From: Bacteroidales bacterium
Lineage (GTDB): Bacteria > Bacteroidota > Bacteroidia > Bacteroidales > UBA1402
DNA length: 51,387 nucleotides
Assembly (NCBI GenBank): GCA_012718945.1
Contig: JAAYBL010000019.1
Span: forward strand, 1 to 51,387
Direction of reading: 5' to 3'
This document shows positions 47,738 through 51,387 of the stretch, piece by piece. Below the pieces are notes generated by a model. The model saw only the letters and a list, made by a program, of their open reading frames with translations. It searched no databases and had not been told where the DNA came from. A program made the translations under genes and the position numbers. The first letter of the stretch is position 1; the number at the start of each line of letters is the position of its first letter.

Positions 47738-49153
47738 TTAATGGCCGTGCAAGGCCTTGATGGGATCTAGTTTCAACAGGCTTCTGACTGGCAGGTAGCT
47801 GGCCAGTAAGACCATGAGGAAGATGATGATGGCCTGGTTGAAGAAATAATCGCCAAGCAGGGCCATCGGCATGAGTGGATCGAAGCCGTAGTTCATGAAC
47901 ATTCTGGCTAAATCACCCGTTAACCGCAGCGGGTGGTAGTGCCCCAGCAAGATAAAGGGCAAGGCTGCCAACATGCCGGATAAGGTGCCGATCAATCCAA
48001 GAAATAACATTTCAATGGTCAGGACGCCGGCCAGCATACCTCGCTTCATACCGATGGACACCATCATGCCAAATTCCCGCTGCCGTTCAGAGAGCATCAT
48101 CTGTACCGTACCGAAAATGCCGAAAAAGATGATGACATACAGCACAAACAGAAAGACCTGGCCACTTTTGTCATCCCCTTGAATCTGCTGCTTTAAGCTG
48201 GGATTCAAGGTCTCCCAGTTTTTTACGGTCAAGTTGGGGTCTGTCAACAAACCGGCCAGTCTGGCCTGAGTGGCTTTCATGGCTTTGGTGTTGTGCAGAT
48301 TGATGGCTATCGAGGTGACCCTGTCTTCCAGGTTGTAAAAGGTTGAAGCAGCCTCTAATGAAAGGTAGATGAGCTTGTTGTCCAGGTCGGGTGCAGACAT
48401 GCTTACGATACCCCTGATGGGGAAAATGCCGGCGGCACTGCTGCCTTCGAAGCCTTGCCCCATTAATACCAGGCTGTCGCCAACGTTCAATTTGAGGTAA
48501 TCGGCCAATTTGGAAGAAACCAGGGCCCCGGTATCGTCGTTGGTCAAGTGGCGGCCTTCCACAGCTACAGCTTGACACAACCGGTTCAAGAGGGTACTGT
48601 CACTCTCGGAAAAGCCCAGATCCAGGCCCAGGGATTCCTTGTTGGTGAAGACCATGGGAAGCAGGGGGGTGATGTCTTCAGCGACTGCTTTGGTCAACAA
48701 ACCCTGAGCGATGAGCGGTTCAAGGTCTTCCTTGTCAAGGCGGTAGCGTACCAATCGGTGAGCGGGATTGGAAAGCTTGGCTTCTTCGGTGGGGTCAATG
48801 CCGGTGACCAACACCCCCTTGGACAGTTCTCCCGAAGAAGCCAGGGCGAACGAAGTAATGCGAGGTACCGCTACCGCCACGTTGGGGTCTGCACGCAACG
48901 CTTCCATCAAGGCAGGATTGATGTTTACAGCATAATCGATGATGGGATCGTCAGCATAGTCCACTTGTTGCACCTGCAGGTAGCCGGAAAAGGATTCGAT
49001 GATCTGACGAATCATGTGATCGTAGGTGCCCAGCTGAAATGAACGCATGCCGATAGCGAAAAAGATAGCGAAAAAGATGGAAGAGGCCGTGATGATGGTC
49101 CGCTTCCTGTTTCGCCACAGATTACGCCAGGCCAGTTTGAGCAGTTCTTTCAT
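47738..49153 (-). CDS. FtsX/LolC-like ABC permease 1
   Basis: AWRNLWRNRKRT, a periplasmic domain, ERQREFGMMVSIG and LDPIKAL. Confidence 0.93.
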   Translation of the reverse strand: MKELLKLAWRNLWRNRKRTIITASSIFFAIFFAIGMRSFQLGTYDHMIRQIIESFSGYLQVQQVDYADDPIIDYAVNINPALMEALRADPNVAVAVPRITSFALASSGELSKGVLVTGIDPTEEAKLSNPAHRLVRYRLDKEDLEPLIAQGLLTKAVAEDITPLLPMVFTNKESLGLDLGFSESDSTLLNRLCQAVAVEGRHLTNDDTGALVSSKLADYLKLNVGDSLVLMGQGFEGSSAAGIFPIRGIVSMSAPDLDNKLIYLSLEAASTFYNLEDRVTSIAINLHNTKAMKATQARLAGLLTDPNLTVKNWETLNPSLKQQIQGDDKSGQVFLFVLYVIIFFGIFGTVQMMLSERQREFGMMVSIGMKRGMLAGVLTIEMLFLGLIGTLSGMLAALPFILLGHYHPLRLTGDLARMFMNYGFDPLMPMALLGDYFFNQAIIIFLMVLLASYLPVRSLLKLDPIKALHGH

Positions 49154-49161
49154 TGGTCGTC

Positions 49162-49914
49162 TTACTTGATGCGTTTCATGTTTTGTTGAGTGAAGAAGGA
49201 GGCTGGGAATTCCTCGTTGAAACGGATGGTTTGCACAGTGATTCTGGTCTTGTGGTCGGGCTCGTCGGCGGGCAATATGTCCATGACAGAGGGTAGCAGT
49301 CGTCCGTCAAACTGCTTCCGGTTGCTGGCTATGTGTGTTTTTACCAGCAATTCATCTTCGTCGTAGAATTCACTTTTGATAATGAGCTCGTCCTGCACGG
49401 TAATCCATAATCTGATCTTGCCCCAAACGACAGCGGCGTTTTCCAAAGGGGTCAGTTCAACGACATGGCAGAGGCCTTCCGATAGGTTCTCCTGGTTGAG
49501 TAGTTTGTGGCGGTAGTCCTTGACCAGGGATGATTCCTTGAGAACGTCATCGTTGGAAAAATCCGAACCCATCCAACCTTGCGACAGCATGGAAGGCGGT
49601 AGTTTGATCAAACGTTGGATGGTGGGATTCCAGTTCCAGATGTTGTTACCGGTTTTGAGAAAGCTTTGTCCTTTTTCCCTGGCTGGAGCGGTGATGAGCG
49701 TCAATGCATCCCCTTCCCTGGTGACCCAACTCTTGAAAGCAAGGGTGCGTTGATACGTTGGCCTGATGATGGTCATGCTCATTTCACTGTAGCTGGAGCG
49801 TTCACCGTTGTATCTGGCATCGGCCTTGCGTACCAGTTCTTTTGCATCTTGAGCATGGATGGGTTGCAACAATATAAAGCAGCCTATGCTGATCAGTACG
49901 TTGAGTCTATTCAT
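49162..49914 (-). CDS. Outer membrane lipoprotein-sorting protein (LolA-like periplasmic carrier)
   Basis: Signal peptide (IHA-Q), PAREKGQSFLK, WMGSDFSNDD, VVWGKI, EFYDED and FFTQQNMKR. Start set at ATG 49914. Confidence 0.9.
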   Translation of the reverse strand: MNRLNVLISIGCFILLQPIHAQDAKELVRKADARYNGERSSYSEMSMTIIRPTYQRTLAFKSWVTREGDALTLITAPAREKGQSFLKTGNNIWNWNPTIQRLIKLPPSMLSQGWMGSDFSNDDVLKESSLVKDYRHKLLNQENLSEGLCHVVELTPLENAAVVWGKIRLWITVQDELIIKSEFYDEDELLVKTHIASNRKQFDGRLLPSVMDILPADEPDHKTRITVQTIRFNEEFPASFFTQQNMKRIK

Positions 49915-50162
49915 GATGGTCAAGTGGTGAAGATATACGGAATGGTTGGAAGGCTTTGCCTCCCCTGTGTACCCGATGTCCCGTAAAAATACGAAGCAAC
50001 CGCGCATCAGCCAAATAAAGGGTGGAATTTATTTTTAAAATGGTCGAAGAATTAAAGAAAAGGGCTACTCACGTCAATTTTAACCCCAATAATAACGGAT
50101 AATCCACATATCACAGCAGACAAAACTGTATACTTGCACCACAATTTTTGCCCCGACGAACT

Positions 50163-51387
50163 ATGAAGTTGTTTTCAACCATTTACTTGACCGCGCTGTG
50201 TGCTATGACACTGACAGCCTGCACGACCTCTAATCCGTATCCCTACGAAGCCTTGTACAAAGAACTACCTTTTGACATGCCCAGGGTGGAGCGTCCCGTT
50301 TTCCCCGACAAACAAGTCTCCATCACCGATTTTGGTGGTGTGGGCGATGGGGTGACCCTCAATACGGAGGCCTTTGAGAAAGCCATGGCCGGTTTGTCCG
50401 AGCAAGGAGGGGGACGTTTGGTTGTTCCCTTTGGTGTGTGGTTCACAGGTCCGATTACATTGCGCTCAAACATCAACCTTCATTTGGAAAAGGGAGCGCT
50501 TATCTTGTTTACACCCGACAAATCGGCTTACCCCTTGGTTTTGACCTCTTTTGAAGGATTGGAAACCAGGCGTTGCCAATCGCCCATCTCAGGCAAAGAA
50601 CTGGAAAACATAGCTATTACCGGCGAGGGCGTTATCAACGGTTCAGGTGAAGCCTGGAGACCTTTGAAGCGTGCCAAGGTGACGGAAAGCCATTGGAAAA
50701 AAGTGGTCGCATCTGGTGGCGTTCTTCAGAACAAAGACATCTGGTATCCTTCTGAAAATGCCATGAGGGGCGCCCAATTGAGCGAAACGAACCTGAATGT
50801 GCCCAGAAAACCCCTGACAGAGACTGAATGGATGGATATCAAAGATTTCTTAAGGCCAGTCATGGTCAGTCTGATTAGTTGCAAGAACGTGTTGCTGGAA
50901 GGCGTACTGTTTGAAAATTCTCCCGGTTGGAACCTGCACCCCCTGATGTGCGAGAACGTAATCATCGACAATGTGTTTGTGCGCAATCCTAGTTTTGCCC
51001 AAAACGGTGATGGACTTGACCTGGAATCCTGCAAGAATGCTCTCATTGTCAATTCCACCTTCGATGTGGGTGACGATGCCATCTGTCTCAAATCGGGTAA
51101 AGATGCCGAAGGACGACGCAGGGGCATCCCCACAGAGAATGTAATCATCGACAACTGCACCGTGTTTAAAGGGCACGGCGGTTTCGTCGTCGGCAGTGAA
51201 ATGTCGGGGGGCGTGCGTAATGTGTCTGTCTCCAACTGTGCCTTCCTGGGTACTGATGTGGGTTTACGCTTTAAAAGTACCAGAGGACGTGGTGGCGTGG
51301 TTGAAAACATCTTTGTCAATCAAATCAGTATGTTCGACATTGTAACCGACTCCTTTTTGTTCGACCTTTTCTATGGTGGCAAGTCTG
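50163..51387 (+). CDS. Glycoside hydrolase family 28 (polygalacturonase-like) lipoprotein, 3' end outside the window
   Basis: Translated by hand: MKLFSTIYLTALCAMTLTAC...SITDFGGVGDG.TLNT.AF...NGDGLD...GDDAICLKSG...GHGGFVVGSEMSGG...GLRFKS. No stop before the window end, so it is missing from the ORF track. Confidence 0.93.
   Translation, partial: MKLFSTIYLTALCAMTLTACTTSNPYPYEALYKELPFDMPRVERPVFPDKQVSITDFGGVGDGVTLNTEAFEKAMAGLSEQGGGRLVVPFGVWFTGPITLRSNINLHLEKGALILFTPDKSAYPLVLTSFEGLETRRCQSPISGKELENIAITGEGVINGSGEAWRPLKRAKVTESHWKKVVASGGVLQNKDIWYPSENAMRGAQLSETNLNVPRKPLTETEWMDIKDFLRPVMVSLISCKNVLLEGVLFENSPGWNLHPLMCENVIIDNVFVRNPSFAQNGDGLDLESCKNALIVNSTFDVGDDAICLKSGKDAEGRRRGIPTENVIIDNCTVFKGHGGFVVGSEMSGGVRNVSVSNCAFLGTDVGLRFKSTRGRGGVVENIFVNQISMFDIVTDSFLFDLFYGGKS

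Noticed and set aside
1-51387. tRNA, rRNA, CRISPR array, IS or prophage
   Set aside because: I saw no cloverleaf, spaced repeat array, transposase, integrase or phage gene. Most intergenic gaps are too short to hold them. This was checked by eye only.

Overview
A gene-dense, mostly core-chromosome segment from a Bacteroidota bacterium, probably Bacteroidales. The assignment is inferred from the SusC/SusD pair, NigD-like lipoproteins, PorX/PorW, and many TAnnTTTG -7 promoter boxes in front of short leaders with no obvious Shine-Dalgarno. About 43 CDS are supported. Housekeeping genes include an RluA-family synthase, ddl, dacB, rsmI, hflX, class I fumarase, pyrH-frr-rsgA, birA, tadA, psd-pssA, dnaE, trxA, tsaE and aroA. 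Envelope modules are a SusC/SusD/lipoprotein locus with no CAZyme followed by an M16 peptidase, a TonB receptor/DUF4249 pair coupled to the phosphatidylethanolamine genes, and PorW-PorX. There is also a five-gene LolA-like/two-permease/ATPase/beta-barrel operon and a GH28 gene truncated by the window end and absent from the ORF track. I saw no tRNA, rRNA, CRISPR, integrase or transposase. The best candidate for an undercharacterised system is the Lol-like operon at 44375-49914. Its two permeases appear to carry a related ~65-aa helical insert at different positions, and the leaders of its first and last genes share an exact 15-mer. All family calls come from motif recognition by eye, without database searches.
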